Numbered from the stretch's first letter, positions 1-10,190 are shown. The stretch: 64,000 nucleotides of DNA from Polyangiales bacterium (GCA_038230375.1 JBBRNJ010000004.1:64001-128000), one strand, 5' to 3'. The notes: a model not told the origin generated them from the sequence alone. Made by a program: numbers and translations.

Positions 1-735
1 ACGCTGGTCGAGAAGGGCCTCACGCCCGTCATCCCGCCGGTGATCGTGCGCGAGCGCGCGCTCATGGGCACGGGCTTCTTCCCGCTCGGCAAGGAAGAGG
101 CGTACTCGATCCCCGCAGACGAGCTCTTCCTGGTCGGCACGAGCGAGGTGCCGCTGGTGTCGCTTCACGCCGACGAGGTGTTCGAGGCGAGCGCGCTGCC
201 GATCCGCTACGCAGGGCAGTCGCCGTGCTTCCGTCGCGAGGCGGGCGCGAGCGGCAAGGACACGCGTGGCCTCTATCGCGTGCACCAGTTCACGAAGGTG
301 GAGCAGGTGATCTTCTGCGTTCCCGACGAAGAGGTCGCGGAGAAGGAGCACTACCAGCTGCTCGCGAACGCCGAGTCGATCCTCGCGATGCTCGAGATCC
401 CGTACCGCGTGTGCCTCGCATGCACTGGCGAGATCGGCCTGGGCCAGACGCGCAAGCACGAGGTCGAGAGCTGGATGCCAGGTCGCAACGCCTACGCCGA
501 GACGCACTCGTGCTCGACCATGGGGGACTTCCAGGCGCGTCGCTCCAACATTCGCGTGCGAAACGCCGACGGTTCGCTGTCGTTCGCGTTCACGCTGAAC
601 AACACGGCTGTCGCGAGCCCGCGCATCCTCATCCCGCTGCTGGAGAATCACCAGAACGCGGACGGGTCGATCACGCTGCCGAAGGCGCTCGTCCCGTACA
701 TGCGAGGCATGACAAAGCTCGAGCCGAAGAAGTAG
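1..735 (+). CDS. serS: Seryl-tRNA synthetase (5'-truncated by window edge)
   Basis: GTSEVPL, CFRREAG...RGLYRVHQFTKVEQ (class II motif 2), ETHSCS, TLNNTAVASPR, LENHQNADGS; frame open to window start. Confidence 0.96.
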   Translation, partial: TLVEKGLTPVIPPVIVRERALMGTGFFPLGKEEAYSIPADELFLVGTSEVPLVSLHADEVFEASALPIRYAGQSPCFRREAGASGKDTRGLYRVHQFTKVEQVIFCVPDEEVAEKEHYQLLANAESILAMLEIPYRVCLACTGEIGLGQTRKHEVESWMPGRNAYAETHSCSTMGDFQARRSNIRVRNADGSLSFAFTLNNTAVASPRILIPLLENHQNADGSITLPKALVPYMRGMTKLEPKK

Positions 736-739
736 GCTC

Positions 740-1354
740 TCAAGGGCGCGTGTCGCGGGGATTCGCGGGCAACGCTGGCAAGCAGAACGTGCCGCGCACG
801 TGGATGATCGGGGCGCTGAGTGCTGGTGTCTGCGTCACGCTCGCCACGCTGCTGACCTCTGCCTCGAAGCGACCGCCGATCTTCGTGCCGTCGGACACGG
901 TGACGTCGAGATGCGAACCACCGCGCGGCGACAGCGCGAATCCGTGGCCGTCAGGGCCAGAGCGGATCATGAAGAGCGAGAGCGGGCTCGAGCCCGTGTC
1001 GCGGGGGAGCGCTCCGCCGACCGCGTGCACGTAGACGGGACCGCCGTTCGCAGTGAGCCACGCAGAGCGCGAGCCGTCCTTCCTGTACTTGTGTCCCGCG
1101 TCGTCCAGCGCGAGGTTGGCGGGAATGTTCACGAGGTGATCGCCCATCGCGATGCGCACGCCCATCTCTGCGCAGGGGTCGGACGAAAGGTCCGCGCCGC
1201 CGTTCACGACCACGGGCGAGGCGATCACGCGGGGTGACGGCTGCATCAGAAGCATCGCATCCTGCACAACGAGGACGACCGAAAGCACGACTCCAGCGAG
1301 CGCCAACGTGGCGGGCAGCTCGGAGTGGCGCTCTCTTCCGTGTCTCATCACCAC
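740..1354 (-). CDS. Hypothetical membrane-anchored protein
   Basis: 204-aa ORF with N-terminal hydrophobic segment; fits between serS stop and a repeat array. Confidence 0.55.
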   Translation of the reverse strand: MVMRHGRERHSELPATLALAGVVLSVVLVVQDAMLLMQPSPRVIASPVVVNGGADLSSDPCAEMGVRIAMGDHLVNIPANLALDDAGHKYRKDGSRSAWLTANGGPVYVHAVGGALPRDTGSSPLSLFMIRSGPDGHGFALSPRGGSHLDVTVSDGTKIGGRFEAEVSSVASVTQTPALSAPIIHVRGTFCLPALPANPRDTRP

Positions 1355-1388
1355 CGATCAACGCGCGCGGCTCGAAAGTTATTCTCAC

Positions 1389-1466
1389 CTCGACTTCGAC
1401 CTCGACCTCGACCTCGACCTCGACCTCGACGTCGACCTCGACCTCGACTTCGACATCGACTTCGAC
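1389..1466. repeat. Hexamer array (NTCGAC)13, intergenic
   Basis: CTCGAC/TTCGAC/GTCGAC/ATCGAC units read directly; lies between divergent genes. Confidence 0.95.
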
Positions 1467-1489
1467 CTGGAACGGGTATCCTCGACTTC

Positions 1490-2248
1490 GTGGCGGCATC
1501 GTTTTGTTACTTCTGCGGTAAGCCCGGGTTCGCCGGGGCGATGTGCGCCTCGTGTCAGATCGCGATGCCGGATCCCGCGGCCCCCGAGCCGGCCACCCAG
1601 AACCGCATGTGTCCGCGGTGCCTGACCGCGCCGCTCGCTCCCGCTCCCATCGAGGACGGCGCGGGCTCCGCCTGTCATGCCTGCCAGCACTGCCGCGGAT
1701 TGTTCGTGACGGCGCGGTCGTGGTGCGCGTTCATCGCCCGGCCTGAGCTCGCCTCCGCGCTCGAGGCGCGCTTGCCTCCGCTCGTCGCGCAGCCGGCGGA
1801 GCTACTCGGGATGCTGTCCTGTCCGATCTGCAAGCGGCAGATGGAGCGCGGACGCTTCGCGGCCAGCTCGAGCGTCGTCGTCGATGTATGTACAGTACAC
1901 GGAATGTGGCTGGACGCCGGTGAGCTCGGCGATGTCACCAAGCACGGTCGCGACCGCGCCGTTGCCGCCAAGGCTCCGTCGGACGTTGCCGCATACAACG
2001 AGGCGATGCGCTACCACCTCACCACGCTTGGCCACGAGTCCCGCATGGCCGTCCAGGCCAGCATGGCGGCGTCCACCTACGCGACCACGCAGGCCCCCCG
2101 CCGCGGGATGTCGGTCCCGCTGATCATCTTCCTGGTGCTGACGGCGCTCGGCGCACTGGCGGGCCTCAAGGCGATGCGCTCGTCGCAAGCCCAGATCGAA
2201 GACGCGACGAAGGCCGCCTCCTCTGTGCAGCGGGACCTGGCGCCTTAG
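1490..2248 (+). CDS. Multi zinc-ribbon (zf-TFIIB-like) membrane protein
   Basis: CxxC pairs (CYFC, CASC, CPRC, CQHC, CPIC), VDVCTVHGMWLDAGEL, C-terminal TM helix; GTG start chosen 7 nt after TATCCT. Confidence 0.8.
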   Translation: MAASFCYFCGKPGFAGAMCASCQIAMPDPAAPEPATQNRMCPRCLTAPLAPAPIEDGAGSACHACQHCRGLFVTARSWCAFIARPELASALEARLPPLVAQPAELLGMLSCPICKRQMERGRFAASSSVVVDVCTVHGMWLDAGELGDVTKHGRDRAVAAKAPSDVAAYNEAMRYHLTTLGHESRMAVQASMAASTYATTQAPRRGMSVPLIIFLVLTALGALAGLKAMRSSQAQIEDATKAASSVQRDLAP

Positions 2249-2334
2249 CCCGGCAGCCTGCATTTGCTGCGACGCAAAATCGACCGCGTAGGCACTTGCA
2301 AGACACCCTAGGGCGATCCATGTTGCGCCGCAAC

Positions 2335-3510
2335 ATGAGAATTGGCATCGATGGGATGGGCCTGGCACTGCCAGGCGGGTACGTGTCGCTCTCGGATCTG
2401 GCGCGCGCCCGCGGTGTCCCAGCGGAGAAGTACACGCAGGGGCTGGGCACGCTGGCGATGGGCGTTCCGCTCCCCGCCGAGGACACCGTGTCGCTCGCCG
2501 TGCGCTCCGCAAAGGATGCGTTCGAACGATTCCAGATCTCGCCAAAGGAGATCGGCCTCTGCATCGTGGGCACCGAGACGGCGGTCGATCACGCGAAGCC
2601 AGTCGCGTCGTTCGTGCAAGGCCTGCTCGACCTCCCCCGCGACTGCCGCGTCTTCGAGACCAAGCACGCATGCTACGGCGGCACCGCCGGTCTCATGACC
2701 GCGCTCGACTGGATCGCTGCGGGCCGCGCTCATGGGCGGAAGGCGCTCGTCGTCTGCGCGGACATCGCGCGCTATGGCCTTGGCACTCCCGGCGAGCCCA
2801 CGCAGGGCGCTGGCGCCGTGGCGCTCCTTGTGTCCGATTCGCCGCGCGTGCTCGCCATCAACGCGGACAACGTGGGCACCGCGTCGAACGACGTGCTCGA
2901 CTTCTGGCGCCCGCTCGACGCGAAGGAGGCGCGCGTGGACGGCCAGTACTCCGTCACCTGCTACCTTGACGCGCTCACCCGCGCCTTCACTGCGCACCGT
3001 GACCGCGCGCGCTGGGTCAGCCCCAGCTACACGGATCGCTTCCGCGCGATCCTCTATCACGTGCCGTACGCGAAGCTCGCGCGCAAGGGTCACGAGCTCC
3101 TCCGCCGATTGGACGGCGACCTGCCACTGGACGAGGCGCGCATGCTGGCGCCCGGGCTCGTGATCCCGCAGGTCGTCGGCAACACGTACACGGCGTCGCT
3201 CTACATGTCGCTCGTGAGCCTGCTTGCCGCGGCGCCTGACTCACTGGATGGTGAGAAGATCGGCATGTACAGCTACGGCTCCGGCTCGTGCGCGGAGTTC
3301 TTCACAGGCGAGATCACGCCGGGCGCGCAGCGCTTCTTCGACGACGTGCTTCCGCGACTGGACGCACGCACGCGCCTCTCGGTGAAGGAGTACGAGGCGC
3401 TCCTGGCCGAACGCGACGAGCTGGATCACGAGCTGGCGCGCGAGCCCACCGCCGCTGGACATTGGCCCCGCTTCGTGGGCACGAGCGAGGGACGCCGCGT
3501 CTACAGCTGA
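2335..3510 (+). CDS. mvaS: Hydroxymethylglutaryl-CoA synthase
   Basis: VGTETAVD, ETKHACYGGT (catalytic Cys), DIARY, GEPTQGAGAVA, YHVPY, GNTYTAS, SYGSG. Confidence 0.92.
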   Translation: MRIGIDGMGLALPGGYVSLSDLARARGVPAEKYTQGLGTLAMGVPLPAEDTVSLAVRSAKDAFERFQISPKEIGLCIVGTETAVDHAKPVASFVQGLLDLPRDCRVFETKHACYGGTAGLMTALDWIAAGRAHGRKALVVCADIARYGLGTPGEPTQGAGAVALLVSDSPRVLAINADNVGTASNDVLDFWRPLDAKEARVDGQYSVTCYLDALTRAFTAHRDRARWVSPSYTDRFRAILYHVPYAKLARKGHELLRRLDGDLPLDEARMLAPGLVIPQVVGNTYTASLYMSLVSLLAAAPDSLDGEKIGMYSYGSGSCAEFFTGEITPGAQRFFDDVLPRLDARTRLSVKEYEALLAERDELDHELAREPTAAGHWPRFVGTSEGRRVYS

Positions 3511-3555
3511 GGAGAACTTACCCCGCCCGCTCCGATCAGGCGTAGAAACGCCGGA

Positions 3556-4713
3556 ATGGACCAAGCGGCCCCCACGAGCCTGGACGAGCGCAGCGCGGCG
3601 CTCGACGGCGTCCGCGGCCTTGCGCTCTTCGGCGTGCTGCTGGTGAACGACCTGACGATCTTCCGCACGTCGATCTTCGCCCAGTTTCTTCCCGAGGGCG
3701 CGTCTGCCGGCTCGGGCGCGCTCGATGCGCCGCTCTCCACCTTGGTGACGATCTTCGTGGATTTCAAGGCGTTCGGTGTCTTCTCGCTCCTCTTCGGCGT
3801 GGGCCTGGGCGCGCAGGAAGAGCGCGCACGGCTCGCGGGCCGTTCGTTCTTGCCGCTCGCGCTTCGCCGGCTCTCGTTCCTCCTTGTGCTTGGGCTCTGC
3901 CATCTCTTCCTGATCTGGAACGGCGACATCCTCACGCTCTATGCGCTGATGGGACTCTTCGCCGTGCTGCTGGTGCGCCTTCCCACGCGGTGGCTCTTTC
4001 TCTGCGCGGCGCTCACGTTCGCGTTGCATCTCTATCCCGTGCCCCTGCCCCCGCCCTTCCCCAACATGCCCGAGCTGCGCGCGCACGTGATGCGGGCCAC
4101 GCACGTGTACGCGGAGGGCGGCTTCCGTGACGTGCTCGCGTTTCGCATCGCGGAGGTGCGCGCCATTGTGCCGCTCCTCATGTGGGCCGCGCCTCGCACG
4201 CTCTCGCTCATGCTGGCAGGGGCCTGCGCGTGGCGGTTGCGCCTGTTCACGCGCGACGTGAGGGGGGCGCGCGCGATCGCGATCACCATCGCGCTCCTCA
4301 CGCTGGGCCTTGGCCTCACCCTGGCGACGCACGCGCACCTGGTGACGGGCGTGATGGATGGCGTCGCGCAGAACGCGTGCTCCGTGCTCCTGGCGCTGGG
4401 ATACGTGGGCACGCTGCTGCTCCTCCACGCGACGAACACCGGCGCGCGCATCATCGCGCTCGCAGCGCCCGTCGGAAGGACTGCGCTGTCGTCGTATCTG
4501 ACCCAGTCGGTGATCCTGGGCTTCATCTTCTATGGCTATGGTCTTGGCATGTTCGGCCGCACCAGCGTCACCACGGCCACGCTGCTCGCGATCGTCCTCT
4601 ACCTCGCCCAGATCCTGCTCGCGCGCGCGTGGCTGTCGCGCTTCCGCTTCGGCCCGGTGGAATGGGCCTGGCGCTCGTTCACCTATGGAAAACGCATGCG
4701 CCTTCGGGTGTGA
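3556..4713 (+). CDS. DUF418/YeiB-family membrane protein
   Basis: LDGVRGLALFG, FSLLFGVG, GDILTLYA, GRTALSSYLTQS, FRFGPVEWAWR; multiple TM segments. Confidence 0.88.
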   Translation: MDQAAPTSLDERSAALDGVRGLALFGVLLVNDLTIFRTSIFAQFLPEGASAGSGALDAPLSTLVTIFVDFKAFGVFSLLFGVGLGAQEERARLAGRSFLPLALRRLSFLLVLGLCHLFLIWNGDILTLYALMGLFAVLLVRLPTRWLFLCAALTFALHLYPVPLPPPFPNMPELRAHVMRATHVYAEGGFRDVLAFRIAEVRAIVPLLMWAAPRTLSLMLAGACAWRLRLFTRDVRGARAIAITIALLTLGLGLTLATHAHLVTGVMDGVAQNACSVLLALGYVGTLLLLHATNTGARIIALAAPVGRTALSSYLTQSVILGFIFYGYGLGMFGRTSVTTATLLAIVLYLAQILLARAWLSRFRFGPVEWAWRSFTYGKRMRLRV

Positions 4714-4751
4714 CTTTACGAGCGGAACGGGAATGGGGCATCGTGCGGTCC

Positions 4752-6011
4752 ATGAACGACGTCGCCGCGCACAAGGACCTCACGATCAACGGCAAGCGCC
4801 TCTGGGATTCGCTCATGGAGCTTGCGAAGATCGGCGCCACACCGAAGGGCGGCGTGTGCAGGCTCGCCCTCACCGATCTCGACAAGCAAGGCCGTGACCT
4901 GGTCACGTCATGGGGCAAGGCCGCGGGCCTCACGGTCACCATCGACAAGATCGGAAACGTGTTCATGCGCCGCGCGGGCAAGAACCCGAGCCTCCCGCCC
5001 ATCGCATGCGGAAGCCACATCGACACGCAGCCCACGGGCGGCAAGTTCGACGGCAACTACGGCGTGCTCGCCGGCATCGAGGTGGTCCGCACGCTGAACG
5101 ACAAGAACATCCAGACGGAGGCGCCCATCGAGGTCATCTTCTGGACCAACGAGGAAGGCTCGCGCTTCGTCCCCGTCATGATGGGCTCCGGAGTCTTCGC
5201 AGGCGCCTTCACGCTGGACCACGTGTACGCCGCGAAGGATGTCGCCGGCAAGACCGTGAAGGAGGAGCTCACGCGCATTGGCTACGTCGGCGACGAGGAG
5301 CCCGGCAAGCACCCGATGGGCGCGTACTTCGAGGCGCACATCGAGCAGGGCCCCGTGCTGGAGGACGCGAACAAGACCATCGGCGTCGTCACCGGCGTGC
5401 TCGGCCTGCGCTGGTACGACTGCGTGGTGAGCGGCATGGAAGCGCATGCGGGCCCCACGCCCATGGCGCTGCGCAAGGACGCGCTGCAGGTGGCCGCGCG
5501 CATCATGCAGGAGACCGTGGCGATCGCGAACAAGTACCCGCCGTACGGGCGCGGCACGGTGGGCTTCGTGCAGGTGCATCCGAACAGCCGCAACGTGATC
5601 CCCGGCACGGTGAAGTTCTCGATCGATCTCCGCAACGTCGACAACGAGCGCCTTGATACGATGGACAAGGAAATCCGCGCTTTCATCGAGAAAACAAGCA
5701 AGGAGAGCGGCCTCCCCATCTCCCTCGAGCAGGTCTCCTACTTCCCGCCCTGCCCGTTCGAGAAGGGCTGCGTGGAGGCGGTGCGCAGCGGCGCCGAGCG
5801 ACTTGGCTACTCGCTCATGGACGCCGTCTCTGGCGCTGGTCACGACGCGGTCTATATGGCGCGCCTCGCCCCCGCGGGAATGATCTTCGTGCCGTGCAAG
5901 GATGGCATCAGCCACAACGAGATAGAGGACGCGAAGCCCGAGCACCTGGAAGCCGGCTGCAACGTCCTGCTACACGCCATGCTCGAGCGCGCGAAGGTGA
6001 CGTCGTCATGA
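4752..6011 (+). CDS. M20-family Zn amidohydrolase (N-carbamoyl-amino acid hydrolase / beta-ureidopropionase type)
   Basis: GSHIDTQPTGGKFDGNYGV, NEEGSRF, EAHIEQGP, HAGPTPM, SGAGHDA, GISHNEIE. Confidence 0.92.
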   Translation: MNDVAAHKDLTINGKRLWDSLMELAKIGATPKGGVCRLALTDLDKQGRDLVTSWGKAAGLTVTIDKIGNVFMRRAGKNPSLPPIACGSHIDTQPTGGKFDGNYGVLAGIEVVRTLNDKNIQTEAPIEVIFWTNEEGSRFVPVMMGSGVFAGAFTLDHVYAAKDVAGKTVKEELTRIGYVGDEEPGKHPMGAYFEAHIEQGPVLEDANKTIGVVTGVLGLRWYDCVVSGMEAHAGPTPMALRKDALQVAARIMQETVAIANKYPPYGRGTVGFVQVHPNSRNVIPGTVKFSIDLRNVDNERLDTMDKEIRAFIEKTSKESGLPISLEQVSYFPPCPFEKGCVEAVRSGAERLGYSLMDAVSGAGHDAVYMARLAPAGMIFVPCKDGISHNEIEDAKPEHLEAGCNVLLHAMLERAKVTSS

Positions 6012-6769
6012 ACAAGAGCATGACCCCGACGACAAGGCGCGAGCTCGACATCAAGACCGCTGACGGCACCGCGAAGGCGTGGGGCTACAGACCAGAGGGC
6101 GACGCGCCCGTCCCGGCGGTGCTCTTCTTCATTGATGCGCTCCTGGTGCGCCCAGCCATGCACGCCATGGCGGAGCGGCTGGCGAGCAAGGGCTACTTCG
6201 TCCTCTTGCCGAACGTGTTCTACCGCAGCGGCGACATCGCGCCGTTCGATCCGGTCACCATCTGGACGGACGAGAAGGAGCGCGCGCGACTCGGCGCGAT
6301 CATGGGCGCTGTCACGATCCAGGCGGCGATGCAGGACACCCTTGCGTACCTGGATACGATCGCTGCACAGAAGGACGTGCAGAAGGGCGGCGCGGGCGTC
6401 ATGGGCTACTGCATGGGCGGTCGGTGGGCCTTCTCTGCGGCCGGCCATCACGGTGATCGCATCAAGGCGATGGCCTGCATCCACGGCGGCAACGTGATCA
6501 CGGAGAAGCCGGACAGCCCGCATTTGCTCGCGGACAAGATCACAGCGAAGCTCTACTTCGGTGTCGCCGACGAGGACGGGAGCTTCACGCCGGAGCACCA
6601 GGGCGCCCTTGCGACCACGCTCGGCAAGGCGCATCTCGACTACCAGATCGAGCTCTACAAGGGCGCGAAGCACGGCTTCGCAGTGAGCGACATGACCCCG
6701 TACGACAAGCCCTCATCGGAGCGTCACTGGTCCCGCGTGGAGACGCTGTTCGCCAGCACGCTCGCGTGA
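6008..6769 (+). CDS. Dienelactone hydrolase family protein
   Basis: GYCMGG nucleophile elbow, GAKHGF; ATGA overlap with the upstream stop. Confidence 0.9.
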   Translation: MNKSMTPTTRRELDIKTADGTAKAWGYRPEGDAPVPAVLFFIDALLVRPAMHAMAERLASKGYFVLLPNVFYRSGDIAPFDPVTIWTDEKERARLGAIMGAVTIQAAMQDTLAYLDTIAAQKDVQKGGAGVMGYCMGGRWAFSAAGHHGDRIKAMACIHGGNVITEKPDSPHLLADKITAKLYFGVADEDGSFTPEHQGALATTLGKAHLDYQIELYKGAKHGFAVSDMTPYDKPSSERHWSRVETLFASTLA

Positions 6770-9435
6770 TTCGCCGGCTCGCTTCGCTCGGGTTGCTCCT
6801 CGCTGTCACCGCGTGCGGTGGCCCAGAGCCCAGCGTCGTGGTGCCTCCGCGCGAGAGTGATGCGAAGCCCGAAGCAGGCACCGGAAGCGGCATCTCCTAC
6901 GCCGGCAACGTGGACGTCCCGGAGGCAGAGCTGCGCAAGCTCCTCACGTGGGGCTCCGCGTGGACGAACGCGTACCCTGAGAACGAGGTGCTGGATGCCA
7001 ACGTGGAGCGCGTCCGCGACCTGTACGTGAATCGCGGCAACCTGGACGCCAAGGTGGAGCTCACCAACGTGGTCCGCGGCAACGACGGGAAGCTCACGAG
7101 CGGCACGTTCCTCATCAACGAAGGCGCGCGCTACAAGATCGGCAAGCTACGCGTGACCGAGAAGGGCGGAACACTGGACGGAATGGAGCCGCTGCTGTCG
7201 CGACTCCACGTGGGCCCGGGCTCCTTCCTGGAGCGTCCGAAGATCAAGAGCGACCTGGAGGCGCTCGAGCGCGCGTACCAGGATCAAGGCTACGTCGCGG
7301 TCTCCCTGGAGCCCGACATGACCATGCATCCGGAGAAGGCGACCGCCGATCTCGTGGTGACCATCGAGCGCCGGGCCCGCGCGACATTCCACGATGTGGC
7401 GGTGATCGGCAATCACTCCGTGCCGAACGAGACCCTGCGCAAGGCGTTCACCTTCGCAGAGGACGACGTCTTCAACGAGACCAAGCTGGAGGAGACGAAG
7501 CAGCGCCTCTTTGAGCTGTTCAACAAGCAGGGGCTCAACTTGGTCCGCAGCCTGGAGCAGGATCCGTCCCACGTGAACGTGCAGTTCGAGGTGTACGAGC
7601 CCGGCTCGGAGATGCCAACGTCCCGGCTGCGGGCGCCATGCTCCGCGCACGTGAATATCGCGGCGCTGCTCCAGAAGCACGCGGGCGCGTTCGGGTCCGA
7701 GGCCGCCGTGCGCGCCGCGTTGCCACGCACGTTCAAGGGCTACGTGGAGACGCCGATGCGCTCCGGCGACACGGCGTTCTACGTGGACACAGCGCAACAC
7801 AGGCTCGAGATCTCGATGGGCGGCGTGGATCCCTTCCGGCCTGCGCGCTTGTCGCTGGGCGCGGGCGTGGACAAGAAGGGCGCATGGGAGCTCGGCCTGT
7901 CCGGCGAGGTGGTGCGACTGCAGGGCGACGTGGTGGCGGGAGGCTCCTTCATGGGATGGCTCTTCCGCCGCGAGTACCTGAAGGACGCCGCGAAGAAGGG
8001 CGCCACCGCGGAGTGCAGGACCGAAGGCGACAACACGGAGACGTTCGTGACGTTCCGCGGCGAGAACGGCGAGGCCACGCGGCGCCTCGTGTTCGACGCG
8101 CAGACGGGAGAGATCACCGGCTTCGAGGTCCTGCGCCGTGGCGTGGCGTCGTACGGAAAGATCGTCACGTGGGGAGCCGCAGGCGCGGACGGCGTGCGCT
8201 GGCCCGTTCGGCTCTCCGTGATCGCGCCCATTGGCAACGACCTACGCTTCACGAGCGACGCGCCCGGGCTCGGGTGCGGAACCAAGGACTGTACGGCGGC
8301 GATGCCCGCGCACATGACGGCCACGTGGCCCGCCAGCGGCGTCACGACCGTGCCCTTCACGTTCTTCGAGAACGAGCTCTTCTTGCGCACGAAGGTGAAC
8401 GACCGCGAGGTGTGGGCAGTGCTCGACTCCGGCGCGTCGCTCACGTCGTTCGACACCACCGCGCCGCTGGGTGCGTCGGCAAAGCCGGTGCTGTCTCTCT
8501 GGGCGCGCGGCTCCACGCAGGGCCTGGCCTATGGCGTTTCCGTGGTGGGTCGTGTGTCCGTGGGGGACCTCACGTTCCACGACATGCCGGTCGCGTCAGC
8601 GCCGCTGTCCGTGCTCGCATCGGGCGGCGCGATGCGTGCGGAGGCGATCCTGGGCATCGCGTTCTTCCAGCAGGCAGCGGTACGTGTAGATTACATGAAA
8701 CAGACGGTGACGTTTGCGCGGGATGCATCGCTCCTGCCCGCGCGCCCGGGCCGCGCAGTGCCCACGCTGGCAACGTGGGACATGCTGACGGGCAACGCGA
8801 CGGTCGCGGGGAAGACCGCCATCTTCCAGCTGGACACCGGCAACGGCAACGGCCTCAACATCGAGGAGGCGTGGGCGAAGGACGTTGGCCTGCCGGGCAA
8901 CCTTCCCACCGTGCAGGCCTCCGCGCTCACCGGCGCAGGCGAGCGCGTGACCATGCTCACGATGTTTCGCGTGCCGAAGGTCACGCTCGGCCCCATCCAC
9001 TACGACGACAAGCTGGTGCAGATGAACAACGCCGCGCCCAAGAGCGGGCTCGGCGGGCTGATCGGCAACGACCTGTTCGCGCGATGCGAGGCCGTGACGT
9101 TCGACCCGAAGCAGCACATGCTCATCTTCCACGGCACCTGCGATCGGCCGCGAACCGAGAGCAAGACGGGCTGGCACCTTGAGCGAAAGGACGACGAGCT
9201 CTGGAAGAGCACGCCGTGGATCGTGGCCGCGCTCTTGCCAGGCACTGCCGCCCACATCGCAGGCATCGAACCGGGCGATCGCCTCCTCGAGATCGATGGC
9301 AAACCAGCAACACTGGATCGCGCGGGCTGGAACGACATCTTCTACGGAGCCGAGGGCAGGTTGGTTCCCGTGGTGGTCGTGCGCAAGGGCGAGAAGCGAG
9401 CGATCACGCTGACGCTCCGCTCCATCCTGAAATAG
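6766..9435 (+). CDS. Lipoprotein: 3x POTRA-like + linker + twin retropepsin-like aspartic protease + PDZ
   Basis: Lipobox LAVTAC; POTRA-like GN...LRK / LY..RG / Y.DQGY repeats; VLDSGAS and QLDTGNG; PDZ PGTAAHIAGIEPGDRLLEIDG. Confidence 0.8.
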   Translation: MIRRLASLGLLLAVTACGGPEPSVVVPPRESDAKPEAGTGSGISYAGNVDVPEAELRKLLTWGSAWTNAYPENEVLDANVERVRDLYVNRGNLDAKVELTNVVRGNDGKLTSGTFLINEGARYKIGKLRVTEKGGTLDGMEPLLSRLHVGPGSFLERPKIKSDLEALERAYQDQGYVAVSLEPDMTMHPEKATADLVVTIERRARATFHDVAVIGNHSVPNETLRKAFTFAEDDVFNETKLEETKQRLFELFNKQGLNLVRSLEQDPSHVNVQFEVYEPGSEMPTSRLRAPCSAHVNIAALLQKHAGAFGSEAAVRAALPRTFKGYVETPMRSGDTAFYVDTAQHRLEISMGGVDPFRPARLSLGAGVDKKGAWELGLSGEVVRLQGDVVAGGSFMGWLFRREYLKDAAKKGATAECRTEGDNTETFVTFRGENGEATRRLVFDAQTGEITGFEVLRRGVASYGKIVTWGAAGADGVRWPVRLSVIAPIGNDLRFTSDAPGLGCGTKDCTAAMPAHMTATWPASGVTTVPFTFFENELFLRTKVNDREVWAVLDSGASLTSFDTTAPLGASAKPVLSLWARGSTQGLAYGVSVVGRVSVGDLTFHDMPVASAPLSVLASGGAMRAEAILGIAFFQQAAVRVDYMKQTVTFARDASLLPARPGRAVPTLATWDMLTGNATVAGKTAIFQLDTGNGNGLNIEEAWAKDVGLPGNLPTVQASALTGAGERVTMLTMFRVPKVTLGPIHYDDKLVQMNNAAPKSGLGGLIGNDLFARCEAVTFDPKQHMLIFHGTCDRPRTESKTGWHLERKDDELWKSTPWIVAALLPGTAAHIAGIEPGDRLLEIDGKPATLDRAGWNDIFYGAEGRLVPVVVVRKGEKRAITLTLRSILK

Positions 9436-9452
9436 CTACGCCACGAATCACC

Positions 9453-10175
9453 TCACGGCGTGCACGTCGGGCCTGCGGGCAGGCCGCTGCCCTTGGCCCT
9501 TGCGAGGCGAGCTGCAGTTCCCGGTCCGTAGCTTCCGTCTTCGGCGATCTTGTCGTTCGGATTGCTGTGGTTCCACAGGCGCTGGAACGCGAGCACGCTG
9601 AGGGAGCGAACGTCCGTACCGCCAGCCGTGTAATCGAAGTGCACCTTGTCCGCGCTTCCGAACCAGCGCCAGCCGTGCGAGGCCATCGCGCTCTGCCAGT
9701 CGCCGTAGTTCGAGATGTCGAGCGCGCGCCCGCCTTCGTGGTTCGAGTTGCCCGGCACCGCCGCGAGCACGCCGCAGGCGCTGTGTCCCTGGTAGAGCGC
9801 GTACTGCATTCCGAGCGTGCGAAACCCTGAGTTCAGCGTCATGTGGGTTCCCGGATGCGCGAGCAGCGCAGCGTCCAGCGCGTCTGCGGCAGGCTTCTCC
9901 AGCCACGGCAGGACGTTCGGCCCCATCGAGAGGTTCGGCCGCGCCGTGATGTGCGTGAACGTCCCGGGCTTGATGCAGTTGATCTCCTCGAGCTCCTGCT
10001 TCGCGAGCGCTTGCACCGCCGTGGTGTCGCACGAGCCGGAGATGTCCTCTCCTGTGCCGTCCGTGTTCTCGGCGCCATCCTGCCCTCCGCACGCGGCAAG
10101 TGAGAGCAGCGCCATGAGCGCGGTGGTTCCGGCGAGACCCAGACTACGTTTGGAGAGAGTGTGTGCGGATTTCAT
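9453..10175 (-). CDS. M15-family (D,D-carboxypeptidase-like) lipoprotein with C-terminal peptidoglycan-binding motif
   Basis: Lipobox LAAC; SGFRT..Q, SNHEGGRALD, DKVHFDY; FQRLWN...EDGSYGPGT. Confidence 0.85.
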   Translation of the reverse strand: MKSAHTLSKRSLGLAGTTALMALLSLAACGGQDGAENTDGTGEDISGSCDTTAVQALAKQELEEINCIKPGTFTHITARPNLSMGPNVLPWLEKPAADALDAALLAHPGTHMTLNSGFRTLGMQYALYQGHSACGVLAAVPGNSNHEGGRALDISNYGDWQSAMASHGWRWFGSADKVHFDYTAGGTDVRSLSVLAFQRLWNHSNPNDKIAEDGSYGPGTAARLARAKGSGLPAGPTCTP

Positions 10176-10190
10176 CTTGAGCCGCCATCG

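Noticed and set aside
4182..4751. N-terminal extension of the amidohydrolase ORF
   Set aside because: Overlaps the DUF418 gene out of frame; family-like sequence begins at ATG 4752
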